Source: a virus (taxonomy: Duplodnaviria; Caudoviricetes). From it: a stretch of DNA of 64,000 nt. Below, one piece after another: positions 18,701 to 29,008 of this stretch (within the stretch, counting starts at the first letter, position 1; every line of letters starts with the position of its first letter). The notes beneath the pieces were generated by a model. The model saw only the letters and a list, made by a program, of their open reading frames with translations, had not been told where the DNA came from and did no database searches. The position numbers were made by a program, and so were the translations under genes. Location of the stretch: positions 33,467 through 97,466 of IMG/VR virus record IMGVR_UViG_3300005438_000120; one strand, 5' to 3'.

Positions 18701-20115
18701 TGCTCGCGCCGCGTGCAGGAGTAGCGAACGATTACCTGTCGTTCCTCGAAAGGAAAGCGCAGCTAGGATCGGATGATGGATTCAGCCCTAGCTGGATGCC
18801 TGACTTCCTTTTCGATTTTCAGTCGGCACTGACAACGTGGGCGCTTCGCAAGGGCCGCTCAGCTTTATTTGAAGATTGCGGACTCGGAAAATCGGTTCAG
18901 GAATTGGTGTGGGCGGAGAATGTCACTCGCCGCAAGAATCGGCCCGTTCTCATAGTGACTCCGCTTGCCGTCAACGCGCAAATGACTCAGGAAGGCGCGA
19001 AGTTCGGTATCGATGTTCGCCGTTCTGACGACGGCACGGCACGCGCCGGATTGAACGTCACAAACTACGAACGCCTGCACCTGTTCAACCCTAACGATTG
19101 GGCTGGAGTCGTATGCGACGAAAGTTCCGCTATTAAATCATTCGCAGGAAAGCGACGCAAAGTAGTCACAGAGTTCATGAGAAAAATCGAATTCCGGCTC
19201 TTGGCGACTGCGACCGCCGCCCCGAATGACTTCGTAGAACTAGGAACTTCAAGCGAAGCCCTCGGACAACTCGGCCACATGGACATGCTGAATCGTTTTT
19301 TCAAAAACGATCAGAACACTAGCGACACTAGCAAGAAATGGCGCACTCACGGCGGGGGCGGCGATAAGTGGCGGTTCAAAGGTCACGCGGAGTCCCACTT
19401 TTGGCGATGGGTTTGTTCGTGGGCAAGGGCTATCAGAAAACCGTCCGATCTTGGTTTTGATGATTCTAGGTTCACCCTCCCGCCGCTGATTGAGAATCAG
19501 CACATCGTGAAGGCCGCTCGCATACCTGATGGGCAACTTTTCGAGACGTACGCTCAAGGGCTTTGGGAGGAACGAGAAGAGCAGCGACGCACGATCGCGG
19601 AGAGGTGCGACACGGCGGCGGAACTAGTTCGCCACACGAATGAACCTGCCGTGTTGTGGTGCCACCTGAACGACGAAGGAAAGATGCTCCGCAAGTTGCT
19701 GCCAGAGGCGCGCGAAGTTAGCGGCGCAGATAGCCCGGAGCGCAAAGAGGAGACGTTCGCGGCGTTTGCTAACGGCTCCGCAAGGCTTCTTATCATCAAA
19801 CCTAAGATCGGCGCGTGGGGTCTGAACTGGCAGCATTGTGCGCATACTGTAGCCTTCCCTAGCCATAGCTACGAACAGCGGTACCAATCGATTCGGCGAT
19901 TCTGGCGATTCGGCCAAACGAAGCCGGTAGTAGTAGACACCGTTACGACCGAGGGCGGCATGCTTGTTCTCAAAAATCTCCAGCGGAAAGCTAAACAGGC
20001 TGACGATATGTTCACCGCTTTAGTTTCGGAAATGAACAATTCTATTAAAGTTAACCGCGCGGCTCAATTCGACCGCGAGAGTGAGGTTCCTTCGTGGCTA
20101 TCTTCGATCAAGTAA
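18700..20115 (+). CDS. SNF2-like SF2 helicase
   Basis: DCGLGKS, NYERL, CDESS, ATATAAPND, GLNWQ, QSIRRFWRFGQ. Confidence 0.88.
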   Translation: MLAPRAGVANDYLSFLERKAQLGSDDGFSPSWMPDFLFDFQSALTTWALRKGRSALFEDCGLGKSVQELVWAENVTRRKNRPVLIVTPLAVNAQMTQEGAKFGIDVRRSDDGTARAGLNVTNYERLHLFNPNDWAGVVCDESSAIKSFAGKRRKVVTEFMRKIEFRLLATATAAPNDFVELGTSSEALGQLGHMDMLNRFFKNDQNTSDTSKKWRTHGGGGDKWRFKGHAESHFWRWVCSWARAIRKPSDLGFDDSRFTLPPLIENQHIVKAARIPDGQLFETYAQGLWEEREEQRRTIAERCDTAAELVRHTNEPAVLWCHLNDEGKMLRKLLPEAREVSGADSPERKEETFAAFANGSARLLIIKPKIGAWGLNWQHCAHTVAFPSHSYEQRYQSIRRFWRFGQTKPVVVDTVTTEGGMLVLKNLQRKAKQADDMFTALVSEMNNSIKVNRAAQFDRESEVPSWLSSIK

Positions 20116-21128
20116 TCACAGACAGGTACGCTCTATATAACGGAGACTGCATCGAAGTTTTAGGAGCTATGCCAGATTGCTCGGTTCATTTGTCCGTGTA
20201 TTCCCCGCCGTTCGCTACAGAGAGCGGCGGTGCGCTGTATCACTATTCATCGAGTGACCGGGATTTGTCGAACGCAGGCTCGTACGATGAATTCTTCGAG
20301 CATTACGAGTTCGTCGTGAAGGAACTTCATCGCGTGACGCTGCCGGGGCGAATGACGGCGGTGCATTGCGCGGATGTAGCTACCGGCAACACCGGATGCG
20401 ATTCGCTTGCCGACTTCCCCGGCGACATTATCCGGCTGCACCGAAAGCTAGGGTTCGCATACGTCGCGCGATACCACGTGTGGAAAGAGCCGTTGGCCGT
20501 CCGTAACCGTACGATGACGAAAGCCCTTTCGCATCGCGGCATCGTTGAAGACTCGTCACGATGCACCGTAGCCTCTGCTGACTACTTGTTGGTATTCCGA
20601 AGGAGCGGCAAGAACACGATCCCGATTGCTCACCCTACCGGCCTGATGGAGTATTTCGGAGAGAGAAAGATTCCGGAGGGGCTGCTACGGTATCGCGGTC
20701 ATACTGGAAATCAGATCGAGAATCGGTACTCGCACTGGATTTGGCGTCAGTACGCATCGGCGTTTTGGGATGACATCCGAATCGGTCGCGTTCTGCCATA
20801 CCGCGAGGCGCGCGACTCCGAGGACGAAAAACATGTTCACGCCCTGCAATTAGATGTCATCCAACGCTGCGTCACGTTGTGGAGCAATCCGGGCGAAGTC
20901 GTTCTGACGCCCTTTGGCGGCGTCGGGTCTGAGGCGTTCGGTGCCGTAGAGTTAGGACGCAAGGCCGTACTTGTTGAGCTAAAGCCTAGCTACTACAGGC
21001 AGGCCGTCAAAAACATGGCTTTAGCCGGAGTGAAGCCGGAAACTCGACAGCCGTCCATCTTCGATGCGCTATCGCCAGTCGAAGGCGAAGCCGTCGCGGA
21101 GGACGACGCGGACGCTATCGATCTCTGA
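20094..21128 (+). CDS. DNA amino-methyltransferase (N4-C/N6-A, beta class)
   Basis: GDCIEVL, SPPF catalytic motif, KH...LQLDVI, TPFGGVGS, ELK..Y. Confidence 0.9.
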   Translation: MAIFDQVITDRYALYNGDCIEVLGAMPDCSVHLSVYSPPFATESGGALYHYSSSDRDLSNAGSYDEFFEHYEFVVKELHRVTLPGRMTAVHCADVATGNTGCDSLADFPGDIIRLHRKLGFAYVARYHVWKEPLAVRNRTMTKALSHRGIVEDSSRCTVASADYLLVFRRSGKNTIPIAHPTGLMEYFGERKIPEGLLRYRGHTGNQIENRYSHWIWRQYASAFWDDIRIGRVLPYREARDSEDEKHVHALQLDVIQRCVTLWSNPGEVVLTPFGGVGSEAFGAVELGRKAVLVELKPSYYRQAVKNMALAGVKPETRQPSIFDALSPVEGEAVAEDDADAIDL

Positions 21129-21150
21129 AGAAATCTTAGGCTCTATGTTG

Positions 21151-21210
21151 ACAAATAGCTTGACAATCCGAGCGGGCGGAAGTATCTTGCTTCGTATGGA
21201 GGCAACGATG
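21151..21210 (+). promoter_or_regulatory. Early promoter with dual start
   Basis: TTGACA(21160)-N17-TATCTT-N7-ATGGAGGCAACGATG. Confidence 0.75.
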
Positions 21211-21443
21211 CAGACTGGCAAGGCGACAATAACGAACGACGCGCACGGGCGGACTCTGGTGAGCAACGGATCAAGAGTTGCGGTCATCAGCGATAACGGC
21301 CAGCCAAGCTGACGGAGACGGACGTGGCGACGATACGGAAGGCCTTAGCGCGCGGGGTACCGCCCGCGACCGTAGCGCGGGAGTATGGGGTGAGCAGACA
21401 GGCGATCGGAGACCTTCGGGATGGGTGGACGTGGAAAAAGTAG
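21196..21443 (+). pseudogene. Frameshifted small HTH protein
   Basis: First frame ends DNGQPS*; second frame from ~21303 reads AKLTETDVATIR...VAREYGVSRQAIGDLRDGWTWK; one added base restores DNGQAKLT. Confidence 0.6.
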
Positions 21444-21522
21444 TAGACATGACAACCGGCGAGTGATATCTTAGGCGTAACGCATTACTCCTCACATAAG
21501 ACGCTAAGGAGCACCCCGCCGA

Positions 21523-21705
21523 ATGAGGCTGCGCAAAGCCCTAAAACTCATCCGCACCGTCGAAGGACTCTCTCTCCGCGATCTCGCTAAAGAGATCGGA
21601 GTCAGCTCCGCAACCCTCTCACGAATCGAGCGCGGCCTACCCTGCGATATGGCATCTTTCGGGCGCGTGTTCGTTTGGCTGCTGAACACAGACGGGGCAG
21701 CATAG
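21523..21705 (+). CDS. XRE-family HTH regulator
   Basis: GLSLRDLAKEIGVSSATLSRIERG. Confidence 0.88.
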   Translation: MRLRKALKLIRTVEGLSLRDLAKEIGVSSATLSRIERGLPCDMASFGRVFVWLLNTDGAA

Positions 21706-21706
21706 A

Positions 21707-22177
21707 ATGCCGATACGGGAGGGTACTTACGCGGCGCTTCTGCGCGACCCGCGATGGCAGCGTCGCCGACTAGAAATCATGTCGCGTGATAATTTCGCGT
21801 GTCGGGATTGCGGAAACGACGAAGAAACACTCAACGTTCACCACCTGTATTACCGATCTAGCTTTGCTCCGTGGGAATACTCGGATTCCGCGTTGGTGAC
21901 GTGGTGCGAACCGTGCCACGAGTATTTCAGCTTGACCGGAGAGCGGCGAACGAAAACCGAGCTAGCGAACGATTGGCGACTCGGTGAGGACTTGATTTAC
22001 GAAGCGTTGTGCGAGTACGGCGCTACGCCACCGTCGCCATCCGTCATCGCCGAATTTCGTCACCTGTTGCCGGAGTCCGCTATCCTCGCGGTGGTTAACC
22101 GTCTCGCTTGGGATGGGCGGCTCAACGAATCGGGCGCGCTCGTTTCGGCTGTTCAGATGGAGGCTGGGCGCGCATGA
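21707..22177 (+). CDS. HNH-type endonuclease-like protein
   Basis: LRDPRWQRRRLEIMSRDNFACRDCG...LNVHHLYY...CEPCH. Confidence 0.8.
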   Translation: MPIREGTYAALLRDPRWQRRRLEIMSRDNFACRDCGNDEETLNVHHLYYRSSFAPWEYSDSALVTWCEPCHEYFSLTGERRTKTELANDWRLGEDLIYEALCEYGATPPSPSVIAEFRHLLPESAILAVVNRLAWDGRLNESGALVSAVQMEAGRA

Positions 22178-22986
22178 GCTATGGGCGAATCCACCGGTCA
22201 TTTTTCGATTCGTCCATCAACGACACCGAACCAGAAACGAGGCTAGTTTTTATTTACATGATCGTCTCCAGCGACCGAGAGGGGCGAATCGACATCACGC
22301 GGTCGTCTCTCGCGCGAAGGTTGAACCTTCAGGCTACTGCCATCGATCGCGCCATCGAAGTGCTTGGTGCGCCAGACGAGCGTAGCCGGACGCCAGATCA
22401 CGAAGGAAGGCGAATCATTCCTATCGAAGATCGGCGAGATTGGGGATGGATCGTGGTGAACAAAGAACAGTACCGAGATGCGGGCGAACCCGATGACGAA
22501 GCGGACAGGGCAGCGGCGAGAGATCGAAAACGGAAACAAAGAGAGCGCGATAATTCAAATTCTCTTTCACGGGGTTCTAATTTAGATTCTGTATCTAATA
22601 CAGAAGAATCTAAACACACACCGAGCGTGACCGTCACGCCGAGTCACAGAAAAAATGTGACATGGTGTGACGCGACTTTCGCGGAGTGCTGGAAACTTGT
22701 CCCACGAAAAGAGGGTAAGCGCGAGGCGCGAAAGCACTTCGATGCGTTCGTGAATGCGATCACCAAGCGCGGCGGCACGGATGAAGATTTGGAAGCGTTC
22801 GCTTTGGATTTGGGGCGCGCCATCTCAAACTACTCGCGGAAGGTTGAAGAGGAACGAATCGAGCCGCGATTCGTCAAGATGGGATCAACGCTGATTTTCA
22901 ATTACGAAGACTACATCGACTACCGACCGCTGACGCGCGCCGCCGAGAAGCCGCGCAAGCCGGGACGAATGGGCGTAGTGATCTGA
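22174..22986 (+). CDS. Phage replication initiator (lambda O-like organisation)
   Basis: N-terminal wHTH-like region, R.RK..QR linker, W..VPRKEGK C-domain; directly upstream of primase-helicase. Confidence 0.7.
   Translation: MSYGRIHRSFFDSSINDTEPETRLVFIYMIVSSDREGRIDITRSSLARRLNLQATAIDRAIEVLGAPDERSRTPDHEGRRIIPIEDRRDWGWIVVNKEQYRDAGEPDDEADRAAARDRKRKQRERDNSNSLSRGSNLDSVSNTEESKHTPSVTVTPSHRKNVTWCDATFAECWKLVPRKEGKREARKHFDAFVNAITKRGGTDEDLEAFALDLGRAISNYSRKVEEERIEPRFVKMGSTLIFNYEDYIDYRPLTRAAEKPRKPGRMGVVI
22550..22675. other. Putative replication origin inside initiator gene
   Basis: AT-rich imperfect palindrome 22581-22614 followed by five GTGAC/GTCAC copies (22627, 22633, 22643, 22657, 22667). Confidence 0.55.
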
Positions 22987-24758
22987 TGGTCGCGACTCTG
23001 GATGATGTTCTTGCTCGGTTGCCGTCGCATCGAAAATCAGGCGGAGGATTTATCGCGCGATGCCCTGCTCATGACGATAGGCACGCATCGCTTTCCGTAG
23101 CGGCGGGCGGCACGGTGCCGGTGGTGTTGAGTTGTAAGGCCGGTTGTGATTTTGAATCGGTCTCTTCGGCTCTCGGCTTCGCGAAGGGTGAGCTGACGAG
23201 AGATTCTGATTCCGACTCGAAATCAAAAGCGTCGCGCCCGCGTCGCCACGTCGCAACCTACACTTACCGCAATCAAGACGGGTCTGTGTTCGCACGAAAG
23301 GACCGCTGGTTAGACGACGAAGGACGAAAGACGTTCGTGTGGTCGCGGCCTAATCCAATAGTTGAGGGAGATTGGCTGACCGGAACGGACGGGTACATTC
23401 CGCTTTATCGGTTGCCGGAACTCTGCGGTGCGCCGCAGGAAACAACCGTGATCGTAGTCGAGGGAGAAAAGGATTGCGATCGGCTGGCGTCTCTCGGGTT
23501 CGTGACAACGACGACTCCGAACGGGGCCGCTTCAAAGTGGCGCACGGATGACTCGCGATTTTTCGCCGCACGCCGCGTATGCATCATTGCGGACGACGAC
23601 GATCCCGGTCGAAAGATGGCGGAGCGGTTCGTATCTGCGCTAAAACCTGTCGCGCTCTCTGTCGGATTCGTGACGATGCCGAATCCGAACGGAATCAAAG
23701 GATTTGACACTTCCGACTTTTTAGAATCGGGAGGGAGTATCGCGGAACTAACCGCGATCGTAGAGGGATTCGACAAGCCGAAGATTCCGGCAGAAGTGGT
23801 GTCGTCGTCCGATCTGAAAGAGCGCGTGCTTCAGCTTTGGGAGGAGGGCGACCATCCCGGAGTCTTTCCAGGTTGGGATGTTCTTCGTGAGCTGTACCGC
23901 CCGCGCGCTGGAGAGCTAACGATTATTACCGGCGCGCCGGGGGCTGGTAAGTCGAACTTTTTAGACGACATGATGGTTCGTATTTCGCTCGGCGACCAAT
24001 CATTCCAAGGGGAGATGAGGGCTGGATGGAAATGGCTAATCTACTCGCCTGAAAACTTCCCGCCACAGCGACACGCCGCCGCGCTGCTGCGGAAGTTTAT
24101 CGGCAAGCCGTTCAACCGAGGGCCTAATCCTCGAATGAGCGAGGCGGAGATTCACCATTTCTGGCATCTCATCGAAAAGCACTTTACGATTCTCGATCCG
24201 TCATTCAACGGCTGTAACTTAGATCGAATTTTAGAAGTCGCTCGGATTGTGAATCAAGCGAAGGGCATCGACGGGCTAGTAATCGATCCGTACAATGTCG
24301 TCGCGGCCACGTCACGTACGCGCGGGCAGAGCGAGCATGATTTCGTGAACGAGGCGCTGCAAAAAATTAAGCTGTTCGCGCACTCTGAAAACGTTCACGT
24401 GATGATGGTCGCGCATCCGACAAAACTTAAGCGCGAGTCGTCTGATGACGAGTATCCAGTGCCGCGCCCGTGGGACATCTCTGGCTCAGCTTCGTTTTTC
24501 AACCATCCCGACGCGATCATCAGCCTGTGGCGTTCGCTTCTGAATGAGGACCGAATCAACTCTGGCGAAGTTGAGATCCATTCGCAAAAAATTCGATTTC
24601 AACCTGAATGCGGAACACTAGGAATGGCGCTCCTCTATTTCGACCGCATCACTACGCGCTTCATGGAGCAACCTCATGAAGGGTTCGCGCGCCGCGTGAC
24701 CGATGGTTCGAAAACGCAAAAACGCGGCGAACGAATATTAGGGAGGGACCGGTGGTGA
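22986..24758 (+). CDS. Bifunctional primase-helicase (TOPRIM + SF4 helicase)
   Basis: CPAHDD..C..GC Zn domain, VEGEKD, ADDDDPG, GAPGAGKS, VIDPYN, VAHP.K, DISGS. Confidence 0.9.
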   Translation: MVATLDDVLARLPSHRKSGGGFIARCPAHDDRHASLSVAAGGTVPVVLSCKAGCDFESVSSALGFAKGELTRDSDSDSKSKASRPRRHVATYTYRNQDGSVFARKDRWLDDEGRKTFVWSRPNPIVEGDWLTGTDGYIPLYRLPELCGAPQETTVIVVEGEKDCDRLASLGFVTTTTPNGAASKWRTDDSRFFAARRVCIIADDDDPGRKMAERFVSALKPVALSVGFVTMPNPNGIKGFDTSDFLESGGSIAELTAIVEGFDKPKIPAEVVSSSDLKERVLQLWEEGDHPGVFPGWDVLRELYRPRAGELTIITGAPGAGKSNFLDDMMVRISLGDQSFQGEMRAGWKWLIYSPENFPPQRHAAALLRKFIGKPFNRGPNPRMSEAEIHHFWHLIEKHFTILDPSFNGCNLDRILEVARIVNQAKGIDGLVIDPYNVVAATSRTRGQSEHDFVNEALQKIKLFAHSENVHVMMVAHPTKLKRESSDDEYPVPRPWDISGSASFFNHPDAIISLWRSLLNEDRINSGEVEIHSQKIRFQPECGTLGMALLYFDRITTRFMEQPHEGFARRVTDGSKTQKRGERILGRDRW

Positions 24759-25045
24759 TCCGGGCCACTATTCCGATTCGCCTCTCAACACGCATCGCGT
24801 ACTTCCGTCACGCGGCAGGGCTAACGCAATTCGAAGTCGCGCGGCGTTCGGGTATCGGACCGAAGTCGATTGGATCATGGGAGACGGGTCACGCCGAGCC
24901 GCGCATAACGCAACTGCTCCGCATCCTGAAAGCGTGCGGCGTGACGCCTGCCGAATTCTTCGATTGCGATCTGCGTCTAGCCGAATCCAGAATAAGAGTC
25001 CCCGGTCATCGCGAAGTCATCGCGCACGAAAGCGTCGCCAATTGA
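24752..25045 (+). CDS. XRE-family HTH regulator
   Basis: GLTQFEVARRSGIGPKSIGSWETG..EP. Confidence 0.85.
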   Translation: MVIRATIPIRLSTRIAYFRHAAGLTQFEVARRSGIGPKSIGSWETGHAEPRITQLLRILKACGVTPAEFFDCDLRLAESRIRVPGHREVIAHESVAN

Positions 25046-25360
25046 ACTGCGCTCGATGCGACGAAGGCCATCACGAGCGCTGCAAGCAGGCGGGCTGTAG
25101 TTGCCGCGCCCCGCATCTCGGACGGTGCGAGCTTTGCGGGAAGGTGAACGTCAAGCCCGATCCGCTACTGTCGGGGCGCGAGATACTTTGCCCACCATGC
25201 CTCGTCACGTTCGAGGAGCATCCGCCGAGCGCGGAACTCGATTGGGAGTCGGCGTTCGATCGCAACATCGCGGCGGCGCGGTTCATAGCCGAAACATTGA
25301 CTTCTCAGGCTCGCAAAAATAACGCTTGACATTGCCGGAAGCATTGCGGATGATGTGCGC

Positions 25361-25630
25361 ATGGCAACAACACATGAAGAGCGAAGTGTACTGGCGCTGA
25401 AGGCTGCACGCGTCCGATGGGCGGATCACGTCAAGCGCCACGAATTGCTCGGCGTCTCTCGCGCATCGTATCGGCGTTACATGCTCCCGAAGGGTCATCC
25501 CGAACGCAGGAAGATGCCGCGCGACGTGCGCGCGAGATTCGAAGCGTTGCGTGAGCAACAACGCAACCGGAGGTACGCACGGAAGCTCGATCCGTCATGC
25601 GTCGAAAAAGCGAAGATGAGGAAGTCATGA
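25361..25630 (+). CDS. Small basic protein, leaderless, first gene of clamp operon
   Basis: TTGACA(25326)-N17-GATGAT-N6-ATG; LLGVSRASYRRY HTH-like. Confidence 0.55.
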   Translation: MATTHEERSVLALKAARVRWADHVKRHELLGVSRASYRRYMLPKGHPERRKMPRDVRARFEALREQQRNRRYARKLDPSCVEKAKMRKS

Positions 25631-26742
25631 GTGCATCCGCAATCTTCAACGGTGCGGCCCTTCTAGCCGAGCTTCGTTTCGTCGGTCAAGTATGCCAGAA
25701 GCGCAGCACGATCCCGATCCTACGGAGCGTTCTGATTGATTTGATGGGGACGACAGCTACGCTCACAGCGACAAATCTAGACGTAATTGCACGCGCTGAA
25801 TGCGTGACGCTGTCCGGCGATGCGCGCGTCGCTACCACCGCGCCTGCTGATCTCTTAATCTCGGCGCTCTCTGGGCTGATCGGCGATGACGCGGAAGCAG
25901 CAATCGAATTTCGCGTACACGATGGCCGCGTTAATCTAGCTTACGACGGCTGCGTGATGAAGATCGACGGGCAGCCTACGGACGATTATCCGACGTTACC
26001 GGAGTTCACGCCTGATCTACCCGCATCTATCGAGACGGCGGAATTTTTAACAGCAGTCCGCAGCACAAAGTTCGCTATCACGCGTGAGGAGATACCTTTC
26101 CAGCTCAACGGCGCGTTGATGAACATCAGCCGATCCGCAGTCGAGATCGCGGCGACTGACGGACATCGGCTCGCGATAGCGACATTTAAAACTGACGCGA
26201 GAAATCCCGACGGACATAGCCTAATCCCGCGTGTAGCCTTGGATACGCTTTTGTTGTTCGATGGGATCGATCCCGTCATCACGTTCGGCGAGCGGGATTT
26301 CTATCGGCATTTCGTCTGCGGTCACCGCCGTATCGTCTCGCGCGTGCTTGATGTCAACTTTCCGAACTACCGAAAAGTCATCGCGAAAGATTTAGACCGC
26401 ACGGCGATAGTCAACGCTGAGGCGATGACTTGCGCGCTCACTCGCGTGATGCCATTAGTAAATCTGAGTACGCGCTCTGTGCGGTTGATGTTCAGCGTCG
26501 ACACGCTGCGGCTCAATGTCGTCAATCCTGAATGCGGAGAGGCATCGGCAACAGTAGCCGTCAGTTACTCAGGCCCTGATATGTTCGTCGGAATGAACGC
26601 CACTTACTTGCGAGATTTCTTTGCACAGTTTAGCGGCGATGTAAGCGTGACGATGCGAAACGAGAACTCGATGGTCGTTTTCCGTCCGGTTGATCGTGAC
26701 GGCGAATACACGTACGTTCTGATGCCGATGAGGCTCGCATGA
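25627..26742 (+). CDS. dnaN: DNA polymerase III beta sliding clamp, copy 1
   Basis: STIPIL, ATNLD, DYP.LP, LNG, ATDGHRLA, FPNY..VI, N..YL, VLMPMR. Confidence 0.93.
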   Translation: MSASAIFNGAALLAELRFVGQVCQKRSTIPILRSVLIDLMGTTATLTATNLDVIARAECVTLSGDARVATTAPADLLISALSGLIGDDAEAAIEFRVHDGRVNLAYDGCVMKIDGQPTDDYPTLPEFTPDLPASIETAEFLTAVRSTKFAITREEIPFQLNGALMNISRSAVEIAATDGHRLAIATFKTDARNPDGHSLIPRVALDTLLLFDGIDPVITFGERDFYRHFVCGHRRIVSRVLDVNFPNYRKVIAKDLDRTAIVNAEAMTCALTRVMPLVNLSTRSVRLMFSVDTLRLNVVNPECGEASATVAVSYSGPDMFVGMNATYLRDFFAQFSGDVSVTMRNENSMVVFRPVDRDGEYTYVLMPMRLA

Positions 26743-27878
26743 CCGCCATCACCGTCCCGCGCGATGCCCTCGCATCCGAGCTAACCTTCTGCGGTTCGGC
26801 AGTCAACAAACGTCACCACATCGAAATCCTGAAGGGCGTTCTGTTTTCGGTCCAGAAGGCGAACCTGTTCATTCGTGCTACCGATCTTGAATTGACGGCG
26901 TTCGCGTCGGTGCTCTCGGTTGAAGATTCGGCAACGAGCGACGGCGAATTCACAACAGAGCTAAGTCCCGTGTTGGACTTCGCGCGCCGTGCTCCTGAAG
27001 ACACGGTTACGTTTGATGCGAGCAAGGGTTACGTCACGCTGTCGTCAGGCGGGGCGAAACTGAAGCTGCCCACGCTGCCAGCCGAACTCTTCCCATCCGA
27101 TCCGCGCGAAGTCGTTGCTGATGATCCAGAAATCGAAATGGCGCGGCTGCCGGTTGCGTCCCTGCTCTCCATCGTTCGCGCCACATCGTCAGCAATCGGA
27201 GAGGAGAAAATCCGCTTCGATTTGACGGGCGCGTTGCTGACGGCAGGCAAGGGCAAATTCGATTCTGTAGCTACAAACGGAGTTCGAATCGCTTACGCCA
27301 GCGCACCAGCGACGACAGAAGATGGCCGTCGCGCCCAACTCGGCAAGCGAGCGCTCGAAGGCATCGTGAAGATTGCCGATGACGGCGAAGCGCGGATCAC
27401 GGCTACCGAGAATTGGACGGCGGTAACGGTAGGTGAGCGGACGCTGATGTCTAGAGCAGCGGACGTGAACTTCCCCGCGTGGCGTGAAGTGATTCCGAAG
27501 TCGTACGCGGTCGCAATCGAGATGCGCGCGGATTCTTTGTTAGGCGCTGTGCGCCGCGCGATGGTAGCTGCCGACGAAGGCTCGAAAGAGTTGAAGCTGT
27601 CGCTGACGAAGGGCGGAATCACGCTGTCTGCCGTCCATGCCGCGCGGTCTGCTGACGACCGACTCGCCGTCGATTATTCGGGCGAAGATTTCACCGTGAG
27701 CGTGAACGGCGGTCACTTCTCGGAAGCCTTGAGCGCGATGGGTGATTGCGTGTTCAAGCTGTCGTTTACTCAGCCAACGGGCGGAGTGTTGACGAGCGGA
27801 ATGATGCGGCTAGAACCGGTTCCTGATCCCGATTCCGACTTAGAGCAGATGCATTTGATCATGCCGATCGTGAGGTAG
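26739..27878 (+). CDS. dnaN: Beta sliding clamp, diverged copy 2
   Basis: ILKGV, ATDLE, RFDLTG, ATNGVRIA, NFPAWREVIP, LIMPIV; full three-domain length. Confidence 0.85.
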   Translation: MTAITVPRDALASELTFCGSAVNKRHHIEILKGVLFSVQKANLFIRATDLELTAFASVLSVEDSATSDGEFTTELSPVLDFARRAPEDTVTFDASKGYVTLSSGGAKLKLPTLPAELFPSDPREVVADDPEIEMARLPVASLLSIVRATSSAIGEEKIRFDLTGALLTAGKGKFDSVATNGVRIAYASAPATTEDGRRAQLGKRALEGIVKIADDGEARITATENWTAVTVGERTLMSRAADVNFPAWREVIPKSYAVAIEMRADSLLGAVRRAMVAADEGSKELKLSLTKGGITLSAVHAARSADDRLAVDYSGEDFTVSVNGGHFSEALSAMGDCVFKLSFTQPTGGVLTSGMMRLEPVPDPDSDLEQMHLIMPIVR

Positions 27879-27880
27879 TC

Positions 27881-28691
27881 ATGAAGAGAACCTGCAAATT
27901 GATCGAGGCGTCGTTTGAACCGCGCGATAACTTCCGTGTCGGGAAGATGCCGGAGCGACCGTCAGCGCCGAGTTTTGTTGACCGATCACCTGACACGGTA
28001 GATTACGACTTAGCGACGGTTGACGGAGTCGCACGATATGTATCCGCAGTCAAAGATTTTGCCCGCAGCGTTGAAGCGTTTGAGCGCGAAGTCGATGACT
28101 TTGAAGGGGAAGTCGAAACCTATGCTGACGCTGTCGATGATGCGTACGATAACGCGGACACGCCGGAGCTACTGAAATCGTTCACTGGCGGGGACGTGCA
28201 CCGCGAGATCGATCAGGCCGGAGTTTTGCCGGGGGACGAGGTCGTGATGCTTTTGCGGGGCGATTACGACCGCCTAGTCCGCGCTGCGAACGAAGAATGC
28301 GCGTGTGTGTTCGATAGCGCCGGTAAGTGCATCCATCGCGGCTGTGGGCTCACGACGGCGGATTGGGATGAATCTACGCCAGCGATGGATTGGGCGGAGG
28401 CCGCGCATGGCTGAGAAACGAATCGGGATCGGAAAGAAAATAGCGTTCTATCTCGCTTCCCTCCGCGCCTCCGATGAAGCGCCGAAGTTGGGTGACATCA
28501 TGGATGCGCTGAACCTGCGAACCGGCACGGCCTGCGGAGAGCGTTTACGCGAGTATCGGCAGCGTCATGGCGTTCCGATCACCTGCGATCTCCGAACCTA
28601 CCGCTACGAGATGCCGATGAAGCAACGCCGCGAGATTCGAAAGACGGATGAATACCGAAAATGGAAGCGCGGATTTCTGACTCCTATGTGA
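27881..28691 (+). CDS. Two hypothetical proteins (27881..28414 acidic; 28407..28691 basic, HTH-like)
   Basis: Coupled ORFs. Confidence 0.55.
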
Positions 28692-28720
28692 GTCAGATTT
28701 CGAGAAAAACGGAGGGAACC

Positions 28721-29008
28721 ATGAGCATCAACGAACTACGGGTCGCGACGGATCGGGCAGTGGCGGCAGAGATCAACAGTATCGAGACGCGGTTGGCGGT
28801 TTTGCGGGGCGAGGTGCCGGTGCCGATGTTCTTTGCATCTGCGGCGACGGTCGCGCCTCACGTCACGCTTTCCTTCGTGAGCGCAGCTAAGCCGAAAGCC
28901 AAGCGACGCAAGGTTTCGCCGCAGCAGGCCGAGTCGCGGCGGATTCAGGGCAAGTTCTTGAGCCTCATTCGGACTCCGATTCGACGCAGACATCCGAGAG
29001 TCAATTGA
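28721..29008 (+). CDS. Hypothetical basic protein, 3' end probably at a deletion junction
   Basis: GGAGG RBS; last ~13 codons overlap MTase-coding sequence. Confidence 0.55.
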   Translation: MSINELRVATDRAVAAEINSIETRLAVLRGEVPVPMFFASAATVAPHVTLSFVSAAKPKAKRRKVSPQQAESRRIQGKFLSLIRTPIRRRHPRVN

